From a virus: a stretch of 64,000 nucleotides of DNA. Within the stretch, counting starts at the first letter, position 1, and each line of letters begins with the position of its first letter. The notes below the pieces were generated by a model. The model was not told the origin of the DNA. It saw nothing but the letters and a program-made list of their open reading frames with translations, and searched no databases. Shown piece by piece: positions 9,033 through 18,762 of this stretch. Made by a program: the position numbers and the translations under genes. The stretch covers positions 64,001 through 128,000 of the IMG/VR virus record IMGVR_UViG_3300007539_000009. One strand, given 5' to 3'.

Positions 9033-10051
9033 CAGCCAAAGTACTCGTCGAGGGCTTCGCGGTACGGCCCATCGAACTCAGACTTCAGATCTCGAGCAAC
9101 GCTGGCCGTCTTGACGTACGAAGTATCCCATCGCGGGAACCTGTTCTCAAGATCAACCAGGAACTGATCCTTGGTTGTCAGACCCTCCGCAGGAGCCAGC
9201 TTGTGCTGTGCCTCCATGCGCCGAAGCTCGTTGGCTGTCTTGCGCAGGTCCATACCACCGAAGCAGGCAAGGTACGGGTCGCGCATCTCCGGGCCGTATT
9301 TGGGACGAAGGCCAGCTGCACGATCGAGCGTTTCGATCTCTTGGGCGAGCTTGATGCCGTCCTGTGGGTCGTCTAGCACCGGCTGGTGGTTAGCCAGCTT
9401 GGTGTAGATGTCCGAGAACTCAGTGCCCTCTGTCAGGGTGCTTCGGTCTCTGAGCTCGCCCTCGAACCACGGGCCCAGAATCGGCTTCGGCACGTAGTCC
9501 CAGACTCGATCGTCAGTGATGGCAGCAGTTCCAGCCTGCTTGAGCAGGCCGTCCGCAAACTCACAACGATCACGCGGAGTCATCTTGGAGTAGTTGCGAA
9601 CGAACTGATCCTGCAGCACTTCGGCGACCTTCTCGAGGCTGCCAACGCACTGCTGCTCCGGGGCCTGCTCTACCACCACTTGAATGACGGTCGGGTCCGC
9701 ATCGCTCGCTGCTTCTGCCAGCTTCTGCAGTCCAGAGCTGGGCCGGAGGCCGTAGTGCTCGAACGCTGCATTGATCCGCGAAGCAGCCGTCTTCACCACA
9801 TCCTCGGGCAGCGACTCAGCGTTGCTCTCGAGATACGCTGCTGAGAAGAACGCAGCTGCGCGGGTGTGGATCGGGTATCGGCGTTGATTGACACTACCGT
9901 CAGCGATCTTCACGGCGAAGGCGCGGTCGGGAAGCGAGTCAATCTCGTGAGGGTGGGGGAGCTCCTTACCGAAGAGCTGTTGGGCGTCGATGCTGTTGAC
10001 GAACGAAGGATCGTCATACGCATCGATCACCATCCCGGCGAGTTTGAACAT
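9032..10051 (-). CDS. K-x-A motif-rich protein (candidate scaffold or prohead core protein)
   Basis: 339 aa; 11 of 17 Lys followed by Ala at +2 (hand count); overlap-coupled in head operon. Function is inference. Confidence 0.75.
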   Translation of the reverse strand: MFKLAGMVIDAYDDPSFVNSIDAQQLFGKELPHPHEIDSLPDRAFAVKIADGSVNQRRYPIHTRAAAFFSAAYLESNAESLPEDVVKTAASRINAAFEHYGLRPSSGLQKLAEAASDADPTVIQVVVEQAPEQQCVGSLEKVAEVLQDQFVRNYSKMTPRDRCEFADGLLKQAGTAAITDDRVWDYVPKPILGPWFEGELRDRSTLTEGTEFSDIYTKLANHQPVLDDPQDGIKLAQEIETLDRAAGLRPKYGPEMRDPYLACFGGMDLRKTANELRRMEAQHKLAPAEGLTTKDQFLVDLENRFPRWDTSYVKTASVARDLKSEFDGPYREALDEYFG

Positions 10052-10683
10052 CAGTTCTTGGCCTCCTGGCCGTCCTTGGTCTTGGCAGCAGGCTTTTTGT
10101 CCTGCTTAGCGTCCTTGTCGTCCGCTTTGCCCTTACTCGGCTTAACCGTGGCCTTGGCCGCCGCACCAGCCACATCAGGCTTCTTACCTGACGCCTTCGG
10201 CTCAGCCTTTTCGGACTTTGCCTTATCTGCTGCTTTGGCCTCAGCCTTCGGTTCGGCCGAACCCTTAGACCCAGATGCCCGGGTCTTAACAGCCGCAGCT
10301 GCACCGGCTGTAGCCGGATTCTTAGCTTCTGCGATCTGCTGTTCGAGTTGCGTGTATTGGAGTCTGAGTTTTGCGTTCTCTACCAGCGTCTGGAGTCGCT
10401 GGTTCTCTGCCTGCACGGGATCGATCATCATCCCGGGCGGAGGCGCTGCACCGACAGCGGCGTCTGCAGGCTGCTCGGGAGCGGCAGGACCGGTTTGCGT
10501 AACCTCGTCCGGCACTGCAGGGGCCTGCTGAGCGGCAGGATCACCCTGCGGCTTGGGGGCTTTGGCTGACGGCATCTGCTGCCCAGGAAGGCTGCGCTGC
10601 TGTGTAGCGTCCCACTTGAGCTCGATGTTGGCGAGCTTAGCCAGGCCGTCTACGTAGCCGCGGTAGAGGGTTCGGACGTTCAT
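10051..10683 (-). CDS. Ala/Pro/Lys-rich low-complexity protein with central coiled coil
   Basis: 210 aa; N-terminal RGYVDGLAKLA motif; coupled to next gene. Confidence 0.75.
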   Translation of the reverse strand: MNVRTLYRGYVDGLAKLANIELKWDATQQRSLPGQQMPSAKAPKPQGDPAAQQAPAVPDEVTQTGPAAPEQPADAAVGAAPPPGMMIDPVQAENQRLQTLVENAKLRLQYTQLEQQIAEAKNPATAGAAAAVKTRASGSKGSAEPKAEAKAADKAKSEKAEPKASGKKPDVAGAAAKATVKPSKGKADDKDAKQDKKPAAKTKDGQEAKN

Positions 10684-10709
10684 TTCGTTAGTCCTTGGAC
10701 TACTTCAGC

Positions 10710-13700
10710 TTAGGAGTATGCGATGAACGAACCGGTGTCGCCCCAATCGTTCGCGCCCAGCGTAGCACCTGCGATGATGCTGCCGTTTGCGAACTGAAGT
10801 GCGCAAACAACTGGTGTCGCTGTGGTGAACGAAGCATCGGGGTACGTGTTGTTCACGCCCGGCTCGGGAACATTCATCGTGATCTGGATCTCGAACGGAG
10901 ACACCAGCTTAGTTACTGCAATGTTCTCGAACTTGACCCCGTAGAGGTCAGAGGCCACCGCAGTCACGGCAGGGGCCTCAGTGGTGGCAACTGCTTCGCG
11001 CAACCGCACGGTCAGCGTCACGAAACCACCTTCAGTGCCCGGGCCCACTTGCGACTGCAGCGAGCGCGCTACATCGAGCTGTGTGGCGCCTTGGGTCGGA
11101 TCGACATTCACCTTAGGACCACGAGCGTGTTGCCCGTAGCGAACAGTGGTGCCGATAGAGGTCAGTCCTCGCGCATTCCCCGCACCAGTTGCGTCCACAG
11201 CAGCCAAGTCCCACTCGCCAGCACCGTCAGGGTGCGTAGCAGGCCGGTTGAGCCATACCCGCGCTCGGAGGTTGCTGTAGGGGATTGATGCCGGAACACG
11301 CGCGATGATCTCGTCTGTGCTCTGCGTGACAATTTCTACCACCTCAATCCGATCCTCGGACAGTGCGGCGCTCAAACCAGGACCAGGCGGCGTCTCTTTG
11401 ATGTCAGAGCTGACCGAGTCATCCTCTTCACCGACGATCTCTAAGTACACACCAGGGTCGCTAGCCGGATCGCCCAGACCGCCAGGATCGACGTTGGCGC
11501 TACCCAGGTTGGTGCCCTGTATGCGTAGCAGTGCTGTCTTGTCCGTGTTCGGAACCGGCGCAACAACCGTAGCTGCGTCAGGATCAGCGAACTCGTTATA
11601 CAGCGTCAAGCCTGTGATCGTCGGATCGCCAGCCGGCTGCGAAAGGATGAACCCAAGGTTTCCTGCACGCAGCGTGTTGCCGCCAAGGTAGTTGATCGCA
11701 ACACCGAAGCTGCGGCCCGCTGTAGAGGCTGCGATGTCTACCGAGTACACCAGCTGCGTGCTGCTTGACGAGGTCAAGGTAGCACTCGAGAACGCCGTGT
11801 CGTCGCCGCTATCAAACAGCGAGTACGAGTAGTTCAGCGCACTGGCTCCTGACGGTACTGAGCCGGGAACAAGCCCGGTTCCGTAGATAGTCAGCGTTGC
11901 GCCAGTTGTGCCTTCGTACGCAGGTGTCAGCACAGCGCTGCGAACACGCGGAGCAGCGGGCTGGACGATGCGGGCTGACGTACCAGCCGTCACAGTCTGC
12001 GACAGCGTCGAGTCTGTGATCTTGGTGGTCACCAGCTTGCCTGCTTTGTTATCTGCCCAACGAACAAAGCCGCTGATACTTGACGTCGTTGCCGCTGTGA
12101 TCGTTGTTGACGCAGCCACGGTAGTACCAGTTGAGTCAACGAAGTCAACTGTCAAGTTACTGCCTGTGCCGTCTTCAGGTGCAAACCGACCAGCGATCGT
12201 GAACTCGCTGTACAACCCTTCAGCAGGTGCACCGCTGAAAGACGTCGGGTTAACCGAGCTGGTGAATGGGCCACCGCCAAATGTGGCGCCGAGCGTACCG
12301 GGGTTACTACCGCCGCCGCCAACACCTAAGGACTGGACAAACTCCAAAGCTGACAACGCCACAGTGGACGGGCCGGTACCTCCTGGCGCAGGCTGCTTGG
12401 TGATCACTAGGTCTGCCGTATCGCCGAGAGCGGCAGTGCCGTTAAGCTGAGCGGAGATTGTCCACACGTTGCCTACAGGGTTAGGCAGCACTACGAAGGA
12501 ACTGAAGTACCCGCCGCTTGTGGTGATCGTCGGAGGGCCGCCATCAAAGTTACTAGCGGCACCAATCAGGTCGATCTCAATATTGAACACCGCTCCTGGG
12601 GCAGCAGCATTCGACAGATCTAGCTCACCAGGTAAGTGGTCAGCAGCAGGCAGCACTTGAATGCTGTTGAACGTCGGATCCTGATCGAACGTGATCTGAC
12701 CGGCAGACGACACGTTAGAGTACTGGCCATCCGGGTTCCGAATGACGATGTCGAACGCACCTGTAGGAGTTACCGTTGCGAGCGTATCATCGGGGTCGAT
12801 CACATTGAGCGGAATGACCCAATCCCCTGCGCCGCCTGCGGGGATAGCCGGCGTAGCCCCGGCCACGCTGATGTACGTCGGATCCAGTCGTGTTGTTGCA
12901 GTAGTGATCGCACCTGACGTCACCACCAAGCCCGGAGCGTAGAACTCAACCGAAGCTCCGTCGACGATAGCTTCGACATTCAGCGTGATCTGGTTGTCCG
13001 CTGAGCTATCGTTCTCGATCACACCAGCTGACGCTGTGTTGATGATCGCAGGCTCTGCAGGCGTAGTGCCCGCAGCTACTTGACCAAAGTTGATTGTGAG
13101 CTCTTGGCCGGCTTGCCCTTGATCGAAGGCGAGTTTGTTTCGATACGTGACAACGATGTTCTCGCCTTCTGTCGCTGAAAGCTCTTGAAGCTCTAGGGCA
13201 AAGACCTTAGTAGCACCGGAACCATTAGCAGAGAAATCAGAGTCAGTGAGCGTTGTGCCGTTGTTAGCAAAGCCCGACACGAGATCAGCCTCAAACAACC
13301 CTGTCTGACCGGACTCCCAGTCGCTATGGGAAAGGCTCGCTAGGACTGTGACGATGTTGCCGGCTTGGGTGATCGGGTCGGTACCATCACTCGGATCGAT
13401 CAGGATGGCTCCGTTTGAACTTAGGGGCCGTGCGCTGATCTCGCTGACTAGAGCAATATCGAACGCACCGAACTCAACGTTGCTGGTCTGGTCGAAGACA
13501 CGAATGCGAAGGTCTGTTCCGCCAGTAAGAGCAGCGGTGAAGAAGTCATTGTTGATCTTCCACGTGCCCCAGAACCCGTTGTTCTCGAACCCGATAGAGT
13601 TGGGCCCTATAGCCGGGTTGAACTGAGTTGTGCCGATAGAGCCGTCAGGTAACGGCGCACCGCTAGGCACTGTGTTCGCCATCGCTGTATCCGGCATGTT

Positions 13701-16076
13701 GATTACAGCAAAGCTAGCCTGAACCTGCGCGTTAGGGTTAGCGAACACGTACGGAGCAGATACGTTAGGCGGTAGCCCGTCTGTCGGTAGAACGCTGTTT
13801 GCGTCACTGATGCTCCACACCGGTCCGTCGCCCGCTTGACTCCAGTACCCTTGGCCAACCGGCATGTCGATGCCGGAGAAACCAAACAGCACTACATCAC
13901 CTTCGGTAAGACCGTTGGTGATCGGCTCCCAGCTAGGATTAGTGGCGTAGGGGTCGTACTTGAACTTGGTCAGCGTGACCGGGTAGTCAAATGGGTTACC
14001 CTGCGCGATGCGCAAAGCTCCGGGGAACTCTGCTGACCAATCTGCAGTGTTCGTATTGAACTTGGGCGTCAGCCTAATGGTGAACGTTGCGCCTTTCGGC
14101 AGCACCGACAGCGCTGTTGTAGCTGCTGCTGAGATCAACTTTCGCTGGCTACCTGTATCGTCGATAGTGATCTCTTGATCACTGAACACGATCATGCCGC
14201 TCAGGAAGCCCAGCGCTCCCGGGCCGTTGTAGGTCGGATACAGCTGTGTGCCAGCCGGAATGAGCTGCGCGTTGGCAGAGTTCTGCATCCAGCCTTGACC
14301 GCCGCTGTAGTACAGGTCTTGATCGGTGAAGATACTGACCTGCACTAGCTGCTGGGAGTCAGCTACGTTGTTGTTAGCGTCCCACTGACCTTCGGGCAAG
14401 TTACTGCCTTCAAGTATGAGCTCGCTCAGTGCCGCAGCGCCTGCACCGATAACAGTGGCAGTTGGTACGTAAGGGATGCCTGACTGAGATGCAGCAGGCG
14501 CCGGCGGCTCGCAGAACACCGTGAATGATCGCGGCTCTGCTACGTTGGTCTCCACCACCAGGAAGCCAACATCGTTGCCGTTCTGCGCAATAACCTCAGA
14601 GTCAATGACCCACGTAGTGCCGAAGATGTTGGGGCCGTCGTAGTCAAAAGGATCGCCGACATCGAGGATGCCACCGTTGACGAACGGATCGCCTACGTCG
14701 ACGCCACCACCTGTGGTGCCAGGCGGGCAGCACGGCTCCCCACCACCTCCGGGATCAATGTCGGTCGTCGGTAGCTCGCCGGGGGTAGGCAAGAAGATGT
14801 CATCTTGCGAGGTGACCGTGACGCACCGCACGCGCATCTGGAGCGCGCTGCCTGTCCGGACGTCGTAGCCAACACCAAACCCGATGCGACCAAATTCCGG
14901 CTCAACCGGGTTGGACGTAGCGAACACCTGGTTGATGAGCTCGTCGACCTTCGAGTAGAAGCTCCGCTGCTGCGCCGTGGCGGTGCTGGCGGGGCTGCAG
15001 GTGAAGGTCGCGGCCAGTCGGTAGTTGTAGTAGTAGTGGAACGTGATCGCCGGAGTGTCGTTGTCGAGTTCCGACTCTACCTTGGCTCGTGACACCGAGA
15101 ACTCGTGACAGCCCTCGAGGAACTCTTGCGTCAAGTCACCTGAGTAGCCTGTGACCGGCGTGAACAGCGTGTCGATCGCCGTAGTCAAGTCAACAGTGAC
15201 TTGGGGCGACGGACCTGTGCTCGTGTCAACGCTGAGCTGGTAAGTTAACAGGTTGGAACCTGCGGCCTTGCTAATCAGCAGCGAAACGCCTCTTAGGGTA
15301 GGCCGGTTAACACCTCCCACCTGCGGAGTGCTCAGCAGGTCCAGGCTCAGCGTGACCGCATCACCTGTGGCCACCAGGTCCGTTGCGCCGTCACTGACGT
15401 CGTCGACTACGACAGTGACGCGCTGAACCAGGCCGTGAGGTACGTGACAATCAGCAAGCGATGTGACGGCGCCAGTAGTCGCCTCAGGCACAATCAGCTC
15501 AGCTCGAGTGCCTGCGCCGGACCCTGCGTTGTTTCGCACAGCAAACGACGGCCCGTCTGTCGTGACGTCAGTGGCCCAGCACTGGTCGCCAAGCAGCGTG
15601 CCTACGGGCCAGTTGAAGTTGTCGGTCCAAGCAACTGCCGCAGACGTGGTGGAGTTATTGAGCAGCTCCTCAGCCGCTGTTTGCGCCTGGGCGGTGACCA
15701 AGACCACGCCGCTGGACAGCTCCTGAATAGAGGTGTTCGCGAACTGGATCTCAGTGACGTTAGTGAACTCGTCACTGTTGTCGGCATTGGTGACCTTGCC
15801 CAGGGTCTCGTCGGTGAACGGACCGTGGATCGACGCATCCGCAATATGCGTATCGATCTCCGCGTGGGTGTTGGTCCCCGCGTCATTCAGATTGGCGTGG
15901 TCAATCTTCGGGCCCTGGCCGTTCACACCAGAGTGGCTGTGCCCGACCTCCCCTGCGCCAGAGAACTGATCATCAAGAATCTGGAAGTTCTCATTTACCG
16001 GGACATCCCACTCGTTTTTGTTCGAGCCTTTGTCCGGCAGGTTGAGGTTCAGGTTGTTCGACTTGGGATCAGCCAT
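10710..16076 (-). CDS. Large virion fibre or spike-like protein with Ig-like/IPT repeats
   Basis: 1788 aa, G/A/T/S-rich beta-type composition; fibre-like N-terminus (NLNLNLPDKGSNKNEWDVPVNENFQILD); IPT-like segments such as PRVRSAVLTPAYEGTTGATLTIYGTGL. Confidence 0.7.
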   Translation of the reverse strand: MADPKSNNLNLNLPDKGSNKNEWDVPVNENFQILDDQFSGAGEVGHSHSGVNGQGPKIDHANLNDAGTNTHAEIDTHIADASIHGPFTDETLGKVTNADNSDEFTNVTEIQFANTSIQELSSGVVLVTAQAQTAAEELLNNSTTSAAVAWTDNFNWPVGTLLGDQCWATDVTTDGPSFAVRNNAGSGAGTRAELIVPEATTGAVTSLADCHVPHGLVQRVTVVVDDVSDGATDLVATGDAVTLSLDLLSTPQVGGVNRPTLRGVSLLISKAAGSNLLTYQLSVDTSTGPSPQVTVDLTTAIDTLFTPVTGYSGDLTQEFLEGCHEFSVSRAKVESELDNDTPAITFHYYYNYRLAATFTCSPASTATAQQRSFYSKVDELINQVFATSNPVEPEFGRIGFGVGYDVRTGSALQMRVRCVTVTSQDDIFLPTPGELPTTDIDPGGGGEPCCPPGTTGGGVDVGDPFVNGGILDVGDPFDYDGPNIFGTTWVIDSEVIAQNGNDVGFLVVETNVAEPRSFTVFCEPPAPAASQSGIPYVPTATVIGAGAAALSELILEGSNLPEGQWDANNNVADSQQLVQVSIFTDQDLYYSGGQGWMQNSANAQLIPAGTQLYPTYNGPGALGFLSGMIVFSDQEITIDDTGSQRKLISAAATTALSVLPKGATFTIRLTPKFNTNTADWSAEFPGALRIAQGNPFDYPVTLTKFKYDPYATNPSWEPITNGLTEGDVVLFGFSGIDMPVGQGYWSQAGDGPVWSISDANSVLPTDGLPPNVSAPYVFANPNAQVQASFAVINMPDTAMANTVPSGAPLPDGSIGTTQFNPAIGPNSIGFENNGFWGTWKINNDFFTAALTGGTDLRIRVFDQTSNVEFGAFDIALVSEISARPLSSNGAILIDPSDGTDPITQAGNIVTVLASLSHSDWESGQTGLFEADLVSGFANNGTTLTDSDFSANGSGATKVFALELQELSATEGENIVVTYRNKLAFDQGQAGQELTINFGQVAAGTTPAEPAIINTASAGVIENDSSADNQITLNVEAIVDGASVEFYAPGLVVTSGAITTATTRLDPTYISVAGATPAIPAGGAGDWVIPLNVIDPDDTLATVTPTGAFDIVIRNPDGQYSNVSSAGQITFDQDPTFNSIQVLPAADHLPGELDLSNAAAPGAVFNIEIDLIGAASNFDGGPPTITTSGGYFSSFVVLPNPVGNVWTISAQLNGTAALGDTADLVITKQPAPGGTGPSTVALSALEFVQSLGVGGGGSNPGTLGATFGGGPFTSSVNPTSFSGAPAEGLYSEFTIAGRFAPEDGTGSNLTVDFVDSTGTTVAASTTITAATTSSISGFVRWADNKAGKLVTTKITDSTLSQTVTAGTSARIVQPAAPRVRSAVLTPAYEGTTGATLTIYGTGLVPGSVPSGASALNYSYSLFDSGDDTAFSSATLTSSSSTQLVYSVDIAASTAGRSFGVAINYLGGNTLRAGNLGFILSQPAGDPTITGLTLYNEFADPDAATVVAPVPNTDKTALLRIQGTNLGSANVDPGGLGDPASDPGVYLEIVGEEDDSVSSDIKETPPGPGLSAALSEDRIEVVEIVTQSTDEIIARVPASIPYSNLRARVWLNRPATHPDGAGEWDLAAVDATGAGNARGLTSIGTTVRYGQHARGPKVNVDPTQGATQLDVARSLQSQVGPGTEGGFVTLTVRLREAVATTEAPAVTAVASDLYGVKFENIAVTKLVSPFEIQITMNVPEPGVNNTYPDASFTTATPVVCALQFANGSIIAGATLGANDWGDTGSFIAYS

Positions 16077-17023
16077 TATTCAGCCCGGCGCATGTTCTGC
16101 TGGGTTCCAGAGATACTCGAGATGTCCGCGTGCGCTGCGTCGGGCACGACGAACTTCAACGCGTAGCCAGCGGCGGCGATCTCCAGTGTGACCAACGCAC
16201 CACGGACAAGAGGAGCCGCAAAGACCCCATTCTCGTCTACCGTGGTGACGAAGGCGCGATGTTCCTTGAACAAGGATTGCCGTACCAACAGCGGAGTGTC
16301 CTTGTCGTGCACGTAAAAAAGAGGCCGTGCGATTCCATCAGACTGGCCGGTGACATCGACCAGCCGGCCGCTCACAACGCAGATAGGCTCCTCAGTGCGG
16401 TAGGCCGCGACTGTGCTGGTGAGCACCTGCGTGTCGAACTCCGCTGAGCTCGGGCTAGACAGGTCTTGCTCCAGCCGCGAGATCCGGTACTCCACGTTTT
16501 GAGCCGCGCCAGCAGTGCCGTAGTCCGTGACGTCTACGAAGACCGGCCAAACAGAGAAGCCGATGATCGTGTAGTCGGTGACCCCAGGGGCTCTGGATTC
16601 GATCTGGTAACCCGTGATGGGCACGGTGGCTGGCTCCCAGGTCACCACCGTCGATGTGGCCGGGCGTGCCTGGAGCGGGTAGAACGAGTAGGCGTTCCAG
16701 CTCGAGCCATCGGCTAAGGTCGCGTCCTGCCACGTCCAGCGAATGCTGAGCAGCGCGCCAGGGAACAGATCAGAGTCGGAGAGCTCGAGCCCTGTGACCT
16801 CGTAATACGTCCCCTCAGCGTCTGAGAGCTCCGATATCGAGGGATACGGGCTCGTGGGGCTCGAGGGAATAGGCGAGAGACCGGGCGAGTACGTACCGAA
16901 CGTAGGGGCGTACACCAGCTCGCTGAGCTGGTTGTAAACCTCTGCTTCTAAGCCATCTACGGCCTGTCCGACGCCTGCGTCGTCACGGATGCGGAGCGTA
17001 AAGCTCGGCGTAAAATCAACCAC
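16076..17023 (-). CDS. Probable virion structural protein with FN3-like segment
   Basis: 315 aa, GTG start; VVTWEPATVPITGYQIESR...VEYRISR resembles fibronectin III; SP-rich linker. Confidence 0.65.
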   Translation of the reverse strand: MVDFTPSFTLRIRDDAGVGQAVDGLEAEVYNQLSELVYAPTFGTYSPGLSPIPSSPTSPYPSISELSDAEGTYYEVTGLELSDSDLFPGALLSIRWTWQDATLADGSSWNAYSFYPLQARPATSTVVTWEPATVPITGYQIESRAPGVTDYTIIGFSVWPVFVDVTDYGTAGAAQNVEYRISRLEQDLSSPSSAEFDTQVLTSTVAAYRTEEPICVVSGRLVDVTGQSDGIARPLFYVHDKDTPLLVRQSLFKEHRAFVTTVDENGVFAAPLVRGALVTLEIAAAGYALKFVVPDAAHADISSISGTQQNMRRAE

Positions 17024-17033
17024 TTGGTACCTC

Positions 17034-17073
17034 GGCGGGACTACACCTGAGTCTCCTCAAGTGTAGACCCGCC
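17034..17073 (-). promoter_or_regulatory. Long intergenic stem-loop with GAGA tetraloop, no U-tract
   Basis: Minus strand GGCGGG-U-CUACAC-UUGAG [GAGA] CUCAG-GUGUAG-U-CCCGCC, 11 nt upstream of GTG at 17023. Confidence 0.6.
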
Positions 17074-17086
17074 AAATGGCTGGCTG

Positions 17087-17332
17087 TCAATTACCGCCTA
17101 GTGGCCCCCGCACAGGAGGCATCACCAGTGCGAGCTTGACCGGCACGAACTCGATCAACGCGTGCTCGTCTTGGTAGTCGAGAGCCTCCTCTAAAGAGGC
17201 AAAGATCAGCGGTGCTGATGAACCTTCAGTGGTCACGCATTTCTCCGCGCCACGCCAGGAGATGTCTGGATAAGGCGAATGCAGTACCCAGCATTCGTAG
17301 TCAATCGTGAGCTTCTTCGTGGCGAACTTCAT
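17087..17332 (-). CDS. Hypothetical protein (81 aa)
   Basis: ORF in minus-strand gene train. Confidence 0.6.
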   Translation of the reverse strand: MKFATKKLTIDYECWVLHSPYPDISWRGAEKCVTTEGSSAPLIFASLEEALDYQDEHALIEFVPVKLALVMPPVRGPLGGN

Positions 17333-17669
17333 GCACTGTGAGTCCTGCTTGGAGTGCCTGCTTGACGCAGTTCTTGGTACCGGACCCGCCAGGGAACGCC
17401 ACGATTGTGCGCGCGATCCCTAGATCGATCATCTCCTTGTTGCGAATCGGTCCAGCCGCTCGGCCGTGCTTGTCCCAGTCCGCCGGAACGGTGAGGCAGC
17501 GCACAGCGCGATCAGCTGCCCAGACACGGGCAAGATGGTCTGCGCCTTCTGCTCCACCCTGGATAACCATGGTCGGTTTGAGGCGGTCTAGCACTTCGTA
17601 GACGCGGGTGGTGTCGCTGTAGGTGCTACCGCCAGTGACGATGACTGCGTTGTTTCCAGGGTCTTCCAT
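17301..17669 (-). CDS. SLOG-superfamily protein (YspA/DUF2493-like)
   Basis: VIVTGG, VIQGGAEGADHLA, ADWDKHGRAAGPIRNKEM, VAFPGGSGT motifs; start moved to ATG 17669, just after the upstream stop. Confidence 0.85.
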   Translation of the reverse strand: MEDPGNNAVIVTGGSTYSDTTRVYEVLDRLKPTMVIQGGAEGADHLARVWAADRAVRCLTVPADWDKHGRAAGPIRNKEMIDLGIARTIVAFPGGSGTKNCVKQALQAGLTVHEVRHEEAHD

Positions 17670-17670
17670 T

Positions 17671-18762
17671 TCAAGCCGGAACAAGGGACTGCTGCACGGT
17701 TTGGGGAGCGTCGAGAACAACTTCGTAGCGTTTGTTTTCGACAGTGGCGGATGAGGGTCCTACCCAGGTGTGCGCTACGAACACCTGGCGAGGCGTGCCG
17801 TCGTGGTTGCGACGATAGCGCTCATGACGAAGAGTCTTCCAGTGCGCTCTGCGCGCATGACCGTGAGTGAGCTGACGGCCAGCCTCACTCGACGCATCGA
17901 TCTTGAATGTCTCTCGGATCTGCTTTCTAGTCAAGAGGGTGTAGTTGGGGCGTTGCCACCCACGGCGGATAGCACCCTTCTTCGGCTTAGAGCCGGTAGT
18001 TGCTTGTGATTTCACCAACCACCGGTCGCCGCTGTTGAGCAGGCAAAGCTCTTCGACTGCTGTGGTAGGGTGGGTGATGAAGTCCTGCCGCGTAGGTGCC
18101 CACCTATCGTTGTCGTCCATCATCTGCTCTTCAGTCAGCGGACGATCAACAATCACGAGGTCCTTTGCGTACATCTGCATACCGAACGGGACGACGCCGA
18201 CTTTGTAGTCCGGCCCGGGGCCATCACCGTCACCTTCCGCCATGCGAAACACGCCGCTAAGGATGTAAGTAGCGCAGCCCCGCAAGTCCCTCCTGTCTGT
18301 GGTGACGCCGTACATGCGCCGAAAGTCTGCCAGGATGTCGGCATCGGCGTCTTTGTCCATGAACCCGTCACCTGTCACGGCCGGCATGAACACTGCGAAG
18401 CCGCGCACGCTGTCCGTGCCGAAGTCGCGCTTCTCTCCTTTCGCAGGAAGCATGTCACTGAGCTTGATACTGCCAGGATCCATCCCCTGACTTCGCGTAG
18501 AGATGTCAAACAGCACCACACACGATCGCCGATCCTCCACCGCTGTCACCGGAAACGGCAACGCGAACATGCTGAAGTCCTGACTGGCGAGCTCTGCCTT
18601 GTGCTTGCGCATCTCCTCGTTGGGGTCGAACTCGAAGTGAAACAGTGATGCTTTGCGCAGCAGCTGCCCGTACTGCTCATCGAGCCGAGAGTGCCATTCG
18701 CAAAGCCGACACGCCTGGTCAAAGATCGGTGTATTACTCATCGAGTGCCGCGCAGTCATCAA
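17671..18762 (-). CDS. Hypothetical protein (~360 aa) with basic His/Arg-rich C-terminus
   Basis: C-terminal HGHARRAHWKTLRHERY...VFVAHTWVG motif of a type often seen in phage hypotheticals. Confidence 0.8.
   Translation of the reverse strand: MMTARHSMSNTPIFDQACRLCEWHSRLDEQYGQLLRKASLFHFEFDPNEEMRKHKAELASQDFSMFALPFPVTAVEDRRSCVVLFDISTRSQGMDPGSIKLSDMLPAKGEKRDFGTDSVRGFAVFMPAVTGDGFMDKDADADILADFRRMYGVTTDRRDLRGCATYILSGVFRMAEGDGDGPGPDYKVGVVPFGMQMYAKDLVIVDRPLTEEQMMDDNDRWAPTRQDFITHPTTAVEELCLLNSGDRWLVKSQATTGSKPKKGAIRRGWQRPNYTLLTRKQIRETFKIDASSEAGRQLTHGHARRAHWKTLRHERYRRNHDGTPRQVFVAHTWVGPSSATVENKRYEVVLDAPQTVQQSLVPA

Noticed and set aside
10690-10703. TAGTCC-AA-GGACTA inverted repeat upstream of 10683
   Set aside because: A single 6-bp stem with a 2-nt loop and no second copy found; not enough to call an operator.
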